Assembly (NCBI GenBank): GCA_003971905.1
Contig: RSEE01000001.1
Coordinates: 1,426,001 to 1,490,000, forward strand
Reading direction: 5' to 3'
Source: Moniliella sp. 'wahieum'
Lineage: Eukaryota
Length of the DNA: 64,000 bases
The notes under the pieces are model-generated. The model searched no databases. It was given only the letters and a program-made list of their open reading frames with translations, and was not told the DNA's origin. Of this stretch, positions 1-12,031 are shown in pieces (position 1 is the stretch's first letter; each line of letters starts with the position of its first letter). The position numbers and the translations under genes are program-made.

Positions 1-336
1 TCATATGGCATGGATGGAAGGGGCCGGGCCTGCCGAGCCCGCCCAACTCGCACAGCGCTGGGCCAAACCAAGCACAACACTGCTGCCTGGTTCTGGTTGG
101 GCCTTCACCAGCTTCACCATTAATAGGTCTGCCAAACAGCGGAACTGCGGGCGGAATCGTGCTCTCGTGATCTCATTACCATTTTTTGGCCCATCCACAA
201 GCCATGTCCAGGTAAGGCATCCTCCTCCCTTCCCATGCCACCCTCTTCTCCTGCCACGCCTCGCCCCTTTTCCTTTAGCCCCGGTGCAGCCAGTGCACCA
301 CATCTCCATCTCCTTTGAGGAAGGGTTCCTCCCCGC

Positions 337-1735
337 GTGCCCGCGGTGGATCCCCTGCGCCCGTCACGCTTGCCTCGTTTGGCGCACCTGCCTTGGGTCC
401 CGCTGCTCCTTCCTCTGGTGGCGCCCGCGGCGGCAGCCCAGCGCCTCAACCTAGCCCCACCGGTCAGGATGCTCTTCTTCCCGTCACAAGGAAATTACGT
501 TTCACCGCACCTTGCGCTCGTTGCTGCTCGACCATCGGAAGTGGCGTGAGCAATGGGAGGAGATGCTGACCCTGGATGGGCTCAAAGCGTGTCGGCGTAT
601 TCCCAAGCGGATGAAGAAGTGGAGCGTCTGGTGCCTTCGATGCGCACCTCCCATCAGTCGAATGACCCTTCCCTTGTTCGCGCAAGGAACACCACTTGGC
701 AACCGCGCTTGGCGACCGGGAGACTGCACTGGACGCTCTTCTTGAAATACTTCTGACTTTGCACTCGTTTGTGGAGCGTATGCGGAAATCGACACCCGGG
801 CACGTCAGCTGCTTCTCGATGCTTCTGCTCAACAGGGGTTTGAGTTTGCATTCCAGGAAGGCATGTGGGGTCTTGGACCATGGACGCTTTCGGTACGTAT
901 CTTTTCCCTTGCCCCGCTCATGCAACTAACTCTATTCGTCTTTCGGGGGCCGCCAACTCGTTTTAGTTCGTGGCATGGCCTCACTCACTTGCCAATATTC
1001 CGTGAGCACCGCCGACCTACAAAGCACTTTGGACCAGCTTACTCCACGGAAACCTGGTACCTTGGCCGGACCCCCTACCCTAACCGGCTCTACCATTGTG
1101 TCTCTCAGCTCAGGGTCACTTTCAGACCTAGATGCCCCTCAATCCTCCACTGAGGGCGGAGAGAGGAATCGCAAACAACTGAACGAGGCTTGGGCCTTGC
1201 TGCCCTATTTGGTTAAAACGGGGCCGACGAGCGAAAAATTCTTCGAGAGGATTTGTGACGTCGAGGTGGGCCAATGGGATGGGTAGTACCGCAGGAGCGT
1301 ATACCCAAAATATACCATTTCTTTCTGCTTTACAGTGGTTTTGGTGGTGAATTGTTGCACCAATCTTGAGAGGGGCGGCCTGAGGCGCCACGGGTGCTCG
1401 TACGACTTGAAGCACAAATGAGCCTACTGGATGAGCCTCATCGGCGCGTAGCCTCCGACAAACTTAGTAGGATAAGGCAATGCGGTTTGGCATACGTTTC
1501 CAGGCATGCTGAATCGCTGGAGACAACAGGGGATGGAGAAGGTCGAGATGCATCAGCGGGGAGAGAATGTGTACAGCCTGCAAGCGGAACGCTTCTTTCA
1601 TCCAACTGTGAGCCGCTCCGACACCGACTTTTGAGGAGCATGATGCAGAGGGGTACCCTAGCATACATCGCTTTCGCAGTGTCTGTCTTTGTTTCTCGGG
1701 CCTGGATAGCCGGCCTAACGGTAGCAGCCTTGTAA
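337..1735 (+). CDS. Hypothetical protein with C-terminal hydrophobic tail (fragmented, boundaries uncertain)
   Basis: Chain of protein-like + strand ORF fragments (512, 696, 975, 1394) with likely introns (GTACGT near 893 with CTAAC near 926; acceptor TACAG near 1335). Ends in LAYIAFAVSVFVSRAWIAGLTVAAL-stop. No family recognised. Confidence 0.4.
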
Positions 1736-2354
1736 CACGTAACAAGCCAGTGGTATATATCAGTCAGTGCACGGAAGAATAATGGCCAACTCAGGACACA
1801 CTGCAACTGTGCCCCACACCAGAGCTCAGGCTAAGCGCTGATAGCATCAGCAAGGCATTGTTAAAGCGCCAGATGCGACTGTGATCAAAACGATCCATCG
1901 ATCGATGATCGATTATTTTGATCGGCAGCAATTTGCTCCGCAAGTTACACGTTCAGGCGTTGAGGCAAGCTATAGGAGGGTCTGGTGGGATCAGTTGATC
2001 ATACATCTGGGAGCCTGTGCCCATTATTGGTGGCGACCTCGGTGCATATTGAATTCCCAAGCTACTGGATAAGGGGGAGGCCGAGGAGAGCAAGGGGTGA
2101 CGGTCACCGGTGGACGCACCCCATGACTCTCAGATCTCAGATCTCATTAATAAGCGGTAGGGTTACCCGCACTGCGCCGGTCTTGGTCGTCGCCGAGAAA
2201 AATGTGACAGAATGGATGGCGTCAGCCCTAGCGTCGCGCGGGTTTTAACTGGTTGCGGTCTGCCACAGCTACCCCCGCCGCTACCACCTCCTGTACCACC
2301 TCCAGGGCATTTTTTTCACCCCTGTGTCACGTTCTTCGGGCGATTCCCCTTACG

Positions 2355-3175
2355 ATGTCCTCCACCGCTCCTGCTCTAACCCCCGGCGTGCCGGTCGACG
2401 TTACCGGCCCCGATCACTTTACCAGCATCATGACGGCCGACTTGTCACGGGTCACACTACTCAACTTTTGGGCCCCGTGGGCGGAGCCATGCAAGGCGAT
2501 GAACGAAGTGGTGGCCCAGCGGCGGCCAAGTACCGAAAGTAGCCTTCCTCAACGTTGAGGCTGAGGCCCAGCCGGATGTAAGCGACAGCTTTGACATGAA
2601 TCTGTTCCTTGTTTGTCTTGCTTCGCGGCCACACGTTGCTCAGCCGCATTTCGGTGCGCCAACGCGCAGGCGCTGAATGAGGCCTTGGCGCAACACGCTG
2701 CTGGACCGGCAGCATCTTGCTTCGACCTCTGCGACGCCAGCGTCGGCAGGAGGCGCGTACACCCCGGCAGCGGACGAGGAGCCCCGAGAGGAGACGGAGG
2801 AAGAGATCGAGGAGCGGTGCAAGGCCTTGATGAACAAGGGCAAGGTCGTCCTCTTCATGAAGGGTAGCCCCGATGCCCCGCGTTGTGGGTTTAGCCAAAA
2901 GACGGTCGCTCTTCTCCGCCAGCAGGGGTTGAGTTTGATTACTATCGATATCCTGCAAGACGAGGGTGTGCGGCAAGGTGAAGAAGCTAAACGACTGGCC
3001 TACCTTCCCTCAGATCATTGTCGGTGGCGAGTTGATTGGTGGGCTGGACATTCTCAAGGTATGTGTTCCATACACTGATCCTTACTTCCGGATGCGCATA
3101 CTAACTGGGATGATTGATGGTATCCAGGAATCGGTCGAGTCGGGCGAGTTCCAAGAGCTGATCAACGCGGCATGA
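2355..3175 (+). CDS. GRX4: Monothiol glutaredoxin Grx3/Grx4 type (thioredoxin-like domain plus CGFS glutaredoxin)
   Basis: NFWAPWAEPC thioredoxin-like motif, VLFMKGSPDAPRCGFS and WPTFPQIIVGGELIGGLDI. Intron 3059-3127 (GTATGT..CTAAC..CAG). Several frameshifts. Confidence 0.93.
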
Positions 3176-3685
3176 TACGCACGCACGGTGTGCAGCAGTG
3201 TTGTTGGTTCATGCTATGTATGTCCGTTGTAGCACAGGCTCAGACCTGAGGTCGGTTGGATGAGAGCAGCTGGAGAAATACCTGCAGGGGAGATAGCATC
3301 CCGCCTGGCCATCTCCTGGCGAATCTGGGATAGGCCAGCCCCAGGGGCGACTTGTGAAGACAGCGCGATGATTTCGCAGCCGGGCCGGCTGGTTGGGGCG
3401 GAATTGATAGTCCAAGGGGCGGAGATGGGGGGAGACTGGCGCCGTGCGCGGGGCACGTGCCGGGCGGGGCGCCGGCAATGATGGCTGATTGAATACCCAG
3501 CACGGCGTCAGTGTCAAATGCGGCCGAGGCGGTGGCAGCCTCCCTTTTCTCCGCGCTGCTGCCCTCTGCCCAGGGCGGGATGTTGTTTGCCGCTGCCGCT
3601 TTTTCCTCGTACGTAGACACACCCCGTTTCCATCTCTCTGCCATCACCATCACCATCGCCCCCCCCCCCCCCGCCACGTCTTGCC

Positions 3686-5541
3686 ATGCTGTCAACATCG
3701 CCCCCTCCTGGCTCGTCAAGCTGGCGCATCACCGACAAGCTTGCCGCTGCCCAGCGCGAGAACGGATCGCCTGGTCCTTTGAGTATTTCCCGCCCCACCC
3801 CCCAGGGTCTGCAGAATCTCTACGACCGTATCCAGCGCATGGGCCAGCTCGGCCCTGAGTTTGTCGACATTACCTTCCGCAAAGGCAGTGACGACCTCAC
3901 TCTCCAGCTCGTCGATACCGTCCATTCGTACATGGGGCTTGAGACGTGCATGCACCTCACTTGCACCAACATGCCCCTGGCCGATGTTGACCGTGCCCTT
4001 AACTCGGCGCGTGCTGCGGGTTGCCGCAATATTCTCGCTCTTCCGGTGACCCGCCTCTAGGGCAGCAAGAAGACGATGGGATGGCGAGGCCAACGGTGGT
4101 TTCTCGCACGCCAAGGATCTTGTGCGTCACATTCGCAAAACCCATGGCAACTACTTCTCCATTGCCGTTGCCGGTTTCCCCGAAGGTTACGGAGACAATG
4201 TATCCGAGGAGGAGGCTTCAACGGCTCAAGGACAAGGTGGACGCTGGCGCCGACTTCATTTTCACTCAGATGTTTTACGACGTGGCCAACTTTAAGCGCT
4301 GGGTCGGTGCTGTGCGCAAAGCTGGGGTTGCCGTTCCCATTGTGCCGGGCATCATGCCGATCCAGAACTATGGTGGGTTTACCCGTGCCGTGGCTCGCTT
4401 CCAGGCCAAGGTACCTCAATTTTTCTACGATGCTCTTGAGCAAGTCAAAGAAGATGATGCCGTACGTGAGATTGGACAAATTGGTAGGTGACATGTGCCG
4501 AGACATCGTCGCCTCCGGCCTAGGCATCACGTCGTTGCACATGTACACGATGAACTTGGAGCGTGGTCCTCGCATGCTGCTCGACTATCTTTCTCTTGCT
4601 CCGGATGTTGCCCAGATCCGTCCCATCCCGTGGACACCCAGTCTGACCCCAAGCGGCGTGAGGAAGGCATCCGCCCCATCTTCTGGGCCAACCGAGCAAA
4701 GAGCTACGTGAGTCGGACCGAAACGTGGGACGAATTCCCAACGGCGTTGGGGCGATGCTCGCTCACCGGCCTACGGCGATGTTGACGCCTATGGCATTCA
4801 ACTTCCTCTCCTGGGGGACAAGGCATTCAAGGCATGGAATCACCCCAAGTCCTACGCTGACATCCAGCGAGTCTTTATCGACTTTTGCCAGGGTAAGATT
4901 CCTGCCTTGCCTTGGTCGGAGACGGCGATCGCCAAGGAGTCGAAGGTCATTTCAGAACAACTTGTCAAGCTCAACCAACTTGGCTTCCTCACGATCAACT
5001 CTCAGCCTTCGGTCGATGGAGCGCGTTCGGATGACCCTACCTTTGGCTGGGGTCCCAAAGGGGGGTACGTGTACCAGAAAGCCTACCTCGAGTTCTTTGT
5101 TCGCGCTCCGCTGCTAGATGCCCTTTTGACGCGGATCGAGGCCGATCCGCAGATTACGTACCACGCCGTCAACCAGGCGGGTGACATGCGCACCAATGTG
5201 TACTCCGAGTCGCCCAATGCTGTCACTTGGGGTGTGTTCCCCCATGCCGAGATTGTGCAGCCAACAATCGTTGAGAGCATCTCGTTTTTGGCGTGGAAGG
5301 ATGAGGCGTACCAACTGGCCCGCGCCTGGGCATGATCTACCCCCCCCAATCGGCCGAACGTCAGGCGGTACAGGAAACGTTTGACGATCTTTTCCTCGTT
5401 AACATTGTGTACAACGACTACAAGGCGAAAGATGCCATCTTCCAGCCCTTCTTTGATCTCGCCCAAAAGGACAATCTGCCTTTGCTCGAGCTGAGCCCAT
5501 CTGGTACTGAGGAGCCCTCTTCGGCTAGCACCCAAGCTTGA
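3686..5541 (+). CDS. MET13: Methylenetetrahydrofolate reductase (eukaryotic type with C-terminal regulatory domain)
   Basis: [75 protein letters not shown] and NAVTWGVFP spread over frameshifted ORFs. Confidence 0.93.
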
Positions 5542-6104
5542 TCCTATGCTCTTCCACCAAGTGTCCCTCTGCTTCGACCGGTCCTGCCAAGGGACAAGCG
5601 TCTCCAACAAGCGCTGTATCCTATCCCATGCTCCGAGCCTCCAACACGTGCCGCCCCACCTTGCATCCTCCATGCCCTCTTCCTTGCCCGCCCGCCTAGA
5701 TTCCCCCAACATTTGGCACGGACCCGCTTTTTCTCCCATGCTTCTCCGGCTCCCCCCGGTGATACGACACGACCATGTAATAACTCAACGTCTTGCATTT
5801 TTGTTCAACACTTTGGCCCTCTCTCCATCCAACTCTCATCTAGCTCCCATTCTCACCTTCCCCCCTCCCTGTGCCTCAACGGCCACAAAAGCGTTCAACA
5901 CCAACACCACCATGTATATTTATAGTTTCATCACTATGCTCATCTCCCCCCTCACACGTCGCCCGACTTTTCTGATGGGCGTAATGCACCGTGCTTTGAT
6001 CAACCTTCAGCGATCATTTTGGTGCCTGCGAACGAACAAGAGAAACAGATGGATGACCTTGATAGATACATGAGGTGTGAAAGGTGAAACTTGAGGGGGC
6101 TAGT

Positions 6105-8649
6105 CTAGTCTTGGAGTTTGGAGCGCTGCTGGAAGAGCTTGTGACGGGAGGCATCCTTCAGCTGCTTGTTGGCCGTGCCTTTGCGCTCCATGTAAGCCAT
6201 GTTCTGTGCACCAGAGAGGGAAGCCATGGAGCCCATTGCCCGCTTGGCCCCCGGTGCAGCTCCCTTAAGAGCTCCCGAGCCACCATAAGAGGCCGGTGTC
6301 CCCCCCCCCGCGGCTAGCCGACGGCATGTCAGTACCAATGTCAGCCGCCGATGCGTTCGACTCGCTCTCCCTCAAAACGGTAACGAGTAGGTCCATCTGC
6401 TCCGAGCGCGTCTTGTACGCCAAGCCAGGCAGGTCCTGTTGCCCAACAAGGTGCGTGATCACGCGGAAGCTGTAGCCTTGGTCGACAAGGAACTGTTGCC
6501 GCTTGGTCGAGTAGTACATCTCGGCTGTGTCCTTACTGACCAAGGAATAAAAGAAGGCGTTGAAACCCTCGTCGTTCCTTCGCTTGGCACGTAGGATTCG
6601 ACCCAGCCGCTGTGCTTCCTGTCGACGGGAACCAAAGTGGGAACTGACTTGAATCAGGCAGGTGGCCTCGGGCAGGTCGATCGAAGTATCACCCACTTTG
6701 GAAAGGAAGATGGTGTTGACGGCGGGGTTGTGCTGGAAGTGCTGGAGGATACGCATGCGCTCCACTTGCGGTGTACCCCCGTGAATGTAGGGCTTTCCGA
6801 GAGTGCGGGCGTACTGTTCCAGGGTAAATACATTGTCAGAGAAGACAATGATCTTGTCCCCTCGCCCCGTGGTAGGCAATCAAAAACTGGGCTGCCTGGA
6901 ACTTGTTGGGGTTCATGCAGTAGAGCAAGATTTTGCTTCGCGCCGACGCTTCGAGGTACTGTGCGTAAAACTCGGGCGTCATGGGGCACCACACCTCGGC
7001 ACACTGCACCGTCGCGATGTGCCCCTTGGCTGCCAGATCCATCCAATTGGCTTCGTACAGCTTGGGCCCGACCAAAAAGTTGAGTTCGTCAATCTTGTCA
7101 TCCTCACGAACCAAGGTGGCGGTCAACCCCAGCTTGGAGTGTGCCTTGATCTTGCTTAGTACACGACGGAACATGCTGGCAGGCACAACATGTACCTCAT
7201 CCAGTAAAATGAACCCCCATTCTCGTGATTCGAGGAAATTCATCATCTTTTGCGAAAGGTACGACCGCTTACCCGTGTTGGCCACCATCGAGTACGTAGA
7301 TACGACAATCCCGGAAGCCCCGGAGAACTTTTCTTTGGAGTCGGCAGTGAAGATGGACACTTGGTTTTCCTGTATGTTGGACCACTGGAGAAACTGTTGT
7401 CGCCACTGAGCGACCGATACGGACGACGTGCACAGAACTAAACATGACTTTTTGATCGTGCAGGCCGCGGTAATCCCCACAAGCGTCTTTCCTGCCCCAC
7501 AAGGTAAAACAATCACTCCGCTGCGGGCGCGACCATTTCCAAACATCTTGCTCAAACTCTTTTGGTAGGGGCGAATGTGCGTACTGGGCTTGAGGTCAAT
7601 CTCAAGGTTGGCATTGAGCTGATCATTACGAAAATCGTATTCTTCCAGCATAGGAAGACCAATCTCTTCGCATCGCTTCTTAACCGCTTCAATGTGCGCC
7701 TCAGCAATCTCAAACGTATGAACCGTCTCGTCCTCATCCAGGTCGTCCGCCTCGTCTACCCCAATGATCGCGTTGAACAGATCGGCTTCTGCTGGCGCCG
7801 CCCCCCCAGCTTCAGCCGTTGCGGCCGTCTTATCCCCTCCGGCCGCCGTAGGCCGAGTTGTACCAGGGATAACAAGATCTCCCCTCGTGGGCGCCTGGGT
7901 TCTTCCCAGAACTTCGGTGCCCAATCGCGACGTGGACCCTGTTGGACCATCCACCTCACGCACCCGGGCGGCCGAGATGACCTGGTCGCGGAGCAAGACC
8001 TGAAGAATATCCGGGTGGGAGGACTCGACAAAGTACTTGTTCTGTTTGAGTACGAGCTTGATCTTTCCAAATGCAGCGGTAGCGTCGGTGATAAAGTCGA
8101 TGACCGAATTGGGCACGGGAACCTTGGACATACGGCTCAACACCTCGATAATGTCCGCGGGATCGAGCCCAACACTGACTGCGGCATAGAGGCTGTACTT
8201 GGTCAACTTGTACTCATGATGAAGGCAGGACGCGAAACGGGCTCGGCAATGGTGATGAGAAAGTCTTGGGCCTGCTCAGCGATGGGAGAGAAGCCTTCCA
8301 GGATGATGTGCATGTCGTCAGGGCTGATCCAGAGCGGACGGGAGGAGTGATCGCGCTTGAGATGCATCATGCTAAAGTCGCGGCCATTGGTGAGGATGGG
8401 GTGAAAGCCTCCAGCACGGTCATTGGCACGCAGGTTGAGAGCTTGGGTGCCCCGCCCGCCATCCTCGTCGTCGGACACGAAGTCGTCCTGGTACTGGAAA
8501 CGCGAGCCATCGTCGGCGGGTGCATCGCGGGGCGGGGCGGGCGAGGCGGTGGAGGAGCTGGGTTCGCCCGGCCGCGGGCCCCGGTTGAGAGTCAAACGAA
8601 TCTTGCGCTGCGGTCCATCGTCGTTGTCAATGCTGCGCTTGGACGCCAT
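6105..8649 (-). CDS. SSL2: TFIIH/NER DNA helicase XPB (Ssl2/Rad25)
   Basis: [30 protein letters not shown], Walker [13 protein letters not shown] box, [14 protein letters not shown] and [20 protein letters not shown]. Four frameshifted ORF pieces. Confidence 0.96.
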
Positions 8650-8952
8650 TCTCAGGCGAGGCGGTGGCAACGGTGGCGGTCGAGAAGTTTGGCCATGGCA
8701 TCGAGCAGCCCAGCATTGTGCCCAGCCTGGGATGCGGCGAACCTAGACTGAAATGTGGCAGAATCACCACCAGTGCATCAGCGCTCCGCTGACTCAGCGT
8801 TCAATGTTCAAACGCTGCCCCCTGAACAGTTCAAATGTCTGGGCCATTTGAAACGGCCGCCAGCTTGTCACGTGGAAGCTAACCAGCTCCCTTGCCCATC
8901 CCATCTCTTGTGCGCCTGCACCCTCGCCACCTACCGCTGTGTCTCCTGCGCC

Positions 8953-9697
8953 ATGGCCGACACTGCCGAGGCCACCTTCGTCGACATTTCCAGCCTCCCT
9001 GACCTCAAGTACACCTGTGATGGGGCAGTGGAGCGCATCTTGTCCCGCGCGCCTGGTGCCGCCCACCCACCTCACCCGGGAGTGGCTCTTTGACCCCGCG
9101 TCGAACCCCAGGCCCACCGTCGGCGACACTGACTCTGATGGCGACAGTGAATCAGTCTCGTCTCAGGTGCAGGCCCCCTGGGCGGGTTCCCATGTTATTG
9201 GCGATACGAAGCTCGTTCTGGGTTACCTTTCTGCCTTTCTCCTAATTGGCGTCAGCGTTTGGTCCTACTTGTCTCCCTTAAGCCTAGCCGAAAAGAAGAC
9301 GCCCAATCTGCTGGCAGTCGGCGTATACATCGCCTCTGCAGTCGTACAGCAGCTCCTTACCTGGTACGAGCGCGATGCGCTTTTGGTTGCGCGCCGCCGG
9401 GCTTCCCAGCACGGAATCATTCTTACCGAGCGTTTGACTGTCAGTGCCGTGCCCCTTCCGCCTCCTACCTTGCTGCCTCCATCCAAAGAGGGGGGCAAAC
9501 CCATTTGCGTCCCGCCTGTCTATTCGCTCCGGATGAAGTATGCGCGCACTTCTAATGGGGGCAAAACACTTTTGAAGCAGGCCGAACAACCGTTTGCGCT
9601 GGGCCATCTGGGCGAATGGTTTGCCTCCAATGGCCAGTTTTTGGAAGATGTCTTTGAGCAGCGGTTGCGGGCCGCGGTAGCGAAGATGATCGATTGA
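8953..9697 (+). CDS. SPC2: Signal peptidase complex subunit 2 (SPCS2/SPC25 family)
   Basis: N-terminal SLPDLKYTCDGAV, then SHVIGDTKLVLGY followed by two transmembrane segments, and C-terminal GEWFASNGQFLEDVFEQRL. One frameshift near 9050. Confidence 0.8.
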
Positions 9698-12031
9698 TGG
9701 AATCTGTCACGCACTGTACTATGATATGATACCTCCTAGCTATTACCCATCTGCTGCTGTCCTAGCCGCATTTTGTTTATCCGCTAGGTAATCTGGCAGT
9801 GTCCTCAATCGTCGCCTGGGACGTACTCCCCAACATTGAAGGAATCGTTTCTGCAGGGAGGCCGTGTGAACTATACTCGATGGATTTTCCTCCTCCCTCT
9901 CGGACGTTTGCTCTACGTCGGACTCGGTCATTCTCCGGGGCTCTTTTGTGTCTCTGCTTACAATCTTGGGGTCTTCACGGTAAAAAATATAATCTCACTT
10001 CAGCGCCTTCAGCCACAGATGTGGACCAGAGATCCAGTGGAAACTTGGTTCGGAAATGTGCCGGGCGTGACCCAGGGAAGATGAAGAAGGCACTGCCCCT
10101 CGTATTGCCCTGGACCACTGGCGGGTACTAATGTGCCACAGGAACACTCTGTCAACCGCTGCAAACACGAGAAGGCTGCGATCACCCGAACGCCAGGTAT
10201 ATATACTTGGTGTCACGGTTGGGGGCGAGAGGAGGTGGATCAGGCTGGATGAAGCTTGAAGGTGAGATAAGGGTTGCCTAGTTACTAAGGAGTCTAGTTA
10301 GATGCATCGATACCAGCTGATGATATGACGAGTATCGCGTGTAGAATGATCGATGGGCGCGGTGCGGCGGCCGTCGTCGTTAGTGTTTTCGCGCGCCGCA
10401 ACGAAGAGGTGTTTGCTCATATACGAAAAGTCTCGGAAAAAGGAATGTATTCCGAGGAATGCAATAGACACACCCGGTATAATATGGTGTTGGGACACCA
10501 ATGCGGCGTGCCAAGAGAATAGCCGGTCTCTGCCGCGCCCAACCACTTCCACTCAGCAGCTAGCCCCGCTAGTTTCGTCCAGGCGGAAGTCTACCAGTCT
10601 GACATGCCTACTGCTTCTCTCGAAACGTCGGCAGTCGTGACTTAGTCTCCCCTATCTTACACTCCCCTCCTCCCTCTCCGCTACTCTCTACTAACGTCAC
10701 CAGTAAGCAATCCCTATCGTCCTATTGAGACACCTCCCGTGCTTAATTGCCGTTTCGCGGGGCATAGGCATTCGGTCACAAAACATCAATAGCACGCATT
10801 CTTCCTTTTAAGTTTTCTTTTGTAGAAGAGCAGTCGTAATCAATAAGTGGTTTGATGCATATGATGCTCGGTGCGTATCGTCCATTTCATCAAGTCGTAC
10901 CCGTCGTACCTCTCAGGGCAGCACCCCTAAATGCAAAAAGCACAGCCACAACACACTCTTCTGTTGATGCACGTTGATGAGACGACGCCTATAGGGTGGT
11001 GTGATTTGACACAGGCTAGGTGAGTGAGTACTGAGTTAAGGGAGAGGTGGTGAGGCCCCCCGGTGAAAGCTTGAACCTTGAAGGTGGTGAGTGCGTTACG
11101 TTGCCCCTTGGAGGACTTGCATAGTCTGCCCTCCGGGGAGACTCTGAAAGCAGGGTGTTTTGTTTTGAGTATGGAATCTTGATCAGTGACCTAGTGACCG
11201 AAGTGATTGGCCCGTGGGACTAAAACAGAGAAAATCCGAGAAGCTCGCTAGCCGATGGTTTCGGCCATCGGTAATGATCGATCATCGATCAGTCATCAAA
11301 GTCACCGAAGTCATGACATCCATCGTGTGGATGTGGAAATAGGTATGACCGTTGTGGGCATTGGTCGTTGGTGTCAGGTCCCGGCAATGGATATTCGATG
11401 GTTGCTTCTGTGTCACAGGCACGCTGTCTGTGGAGCATGTGGAGGGAGGCGGAGGATGCCGGGTGCCAGGTTCCGGGCAACGGGTGTTGGTGGAGAGGGT
11501 GGGGGCGGGTGGGGGTGCCGGTGGTGGATGGTGGGGGATAGGATGGAATAGGGTGTGATAGGACGGACACACGACTATAAGTGGGGCGAGAGTAGCGGTA
11601 TCACGGTCATATTTCACAGGATCTGTATGCTCAGTCTGGTGCGATTATGCAACCGATTTGTTTGTTTGGTGCAGGCGCGGGGGCGGTGTTGGGGGTAACG
11701 TCGCCTATCCAGGGTACGGGTACTCGTGCGCATCACCCTCACCCCTTTGAAAGTCAAGCTAGTCACCTGCGACCGGCTCCGCTTCCTTCTACTCGAGCAG
11801 GTCAGCCGCCGTCGCAGCCTCCGTTGGCTGGGTTGGGGATTGGATATTGGCCAGGGCACAGCAGCGCACAGCAGCGCACAGCCAGCATGCCATTGTGCCA
11901 TGTCGAATATATCGGATGTCGCGCGGCGCTCGGCCGAGCAGCCTCGTCCGGCACGCTTCATGACCATGCGGCCTTCCCACCTGCCCCTTCCTCTCCTTCC
12001 TTGCCCCACGACCCGCCTCCCTCCCGACAGC

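Noticed and set aside
3452..3461. GGCACGTGCC E-box upstream of MTHFR as a Cbf1/Met4-type site
   Set aside because: Single copy, lacks the TCACGTG context, and short palindromes are common in this non-coding DNA.
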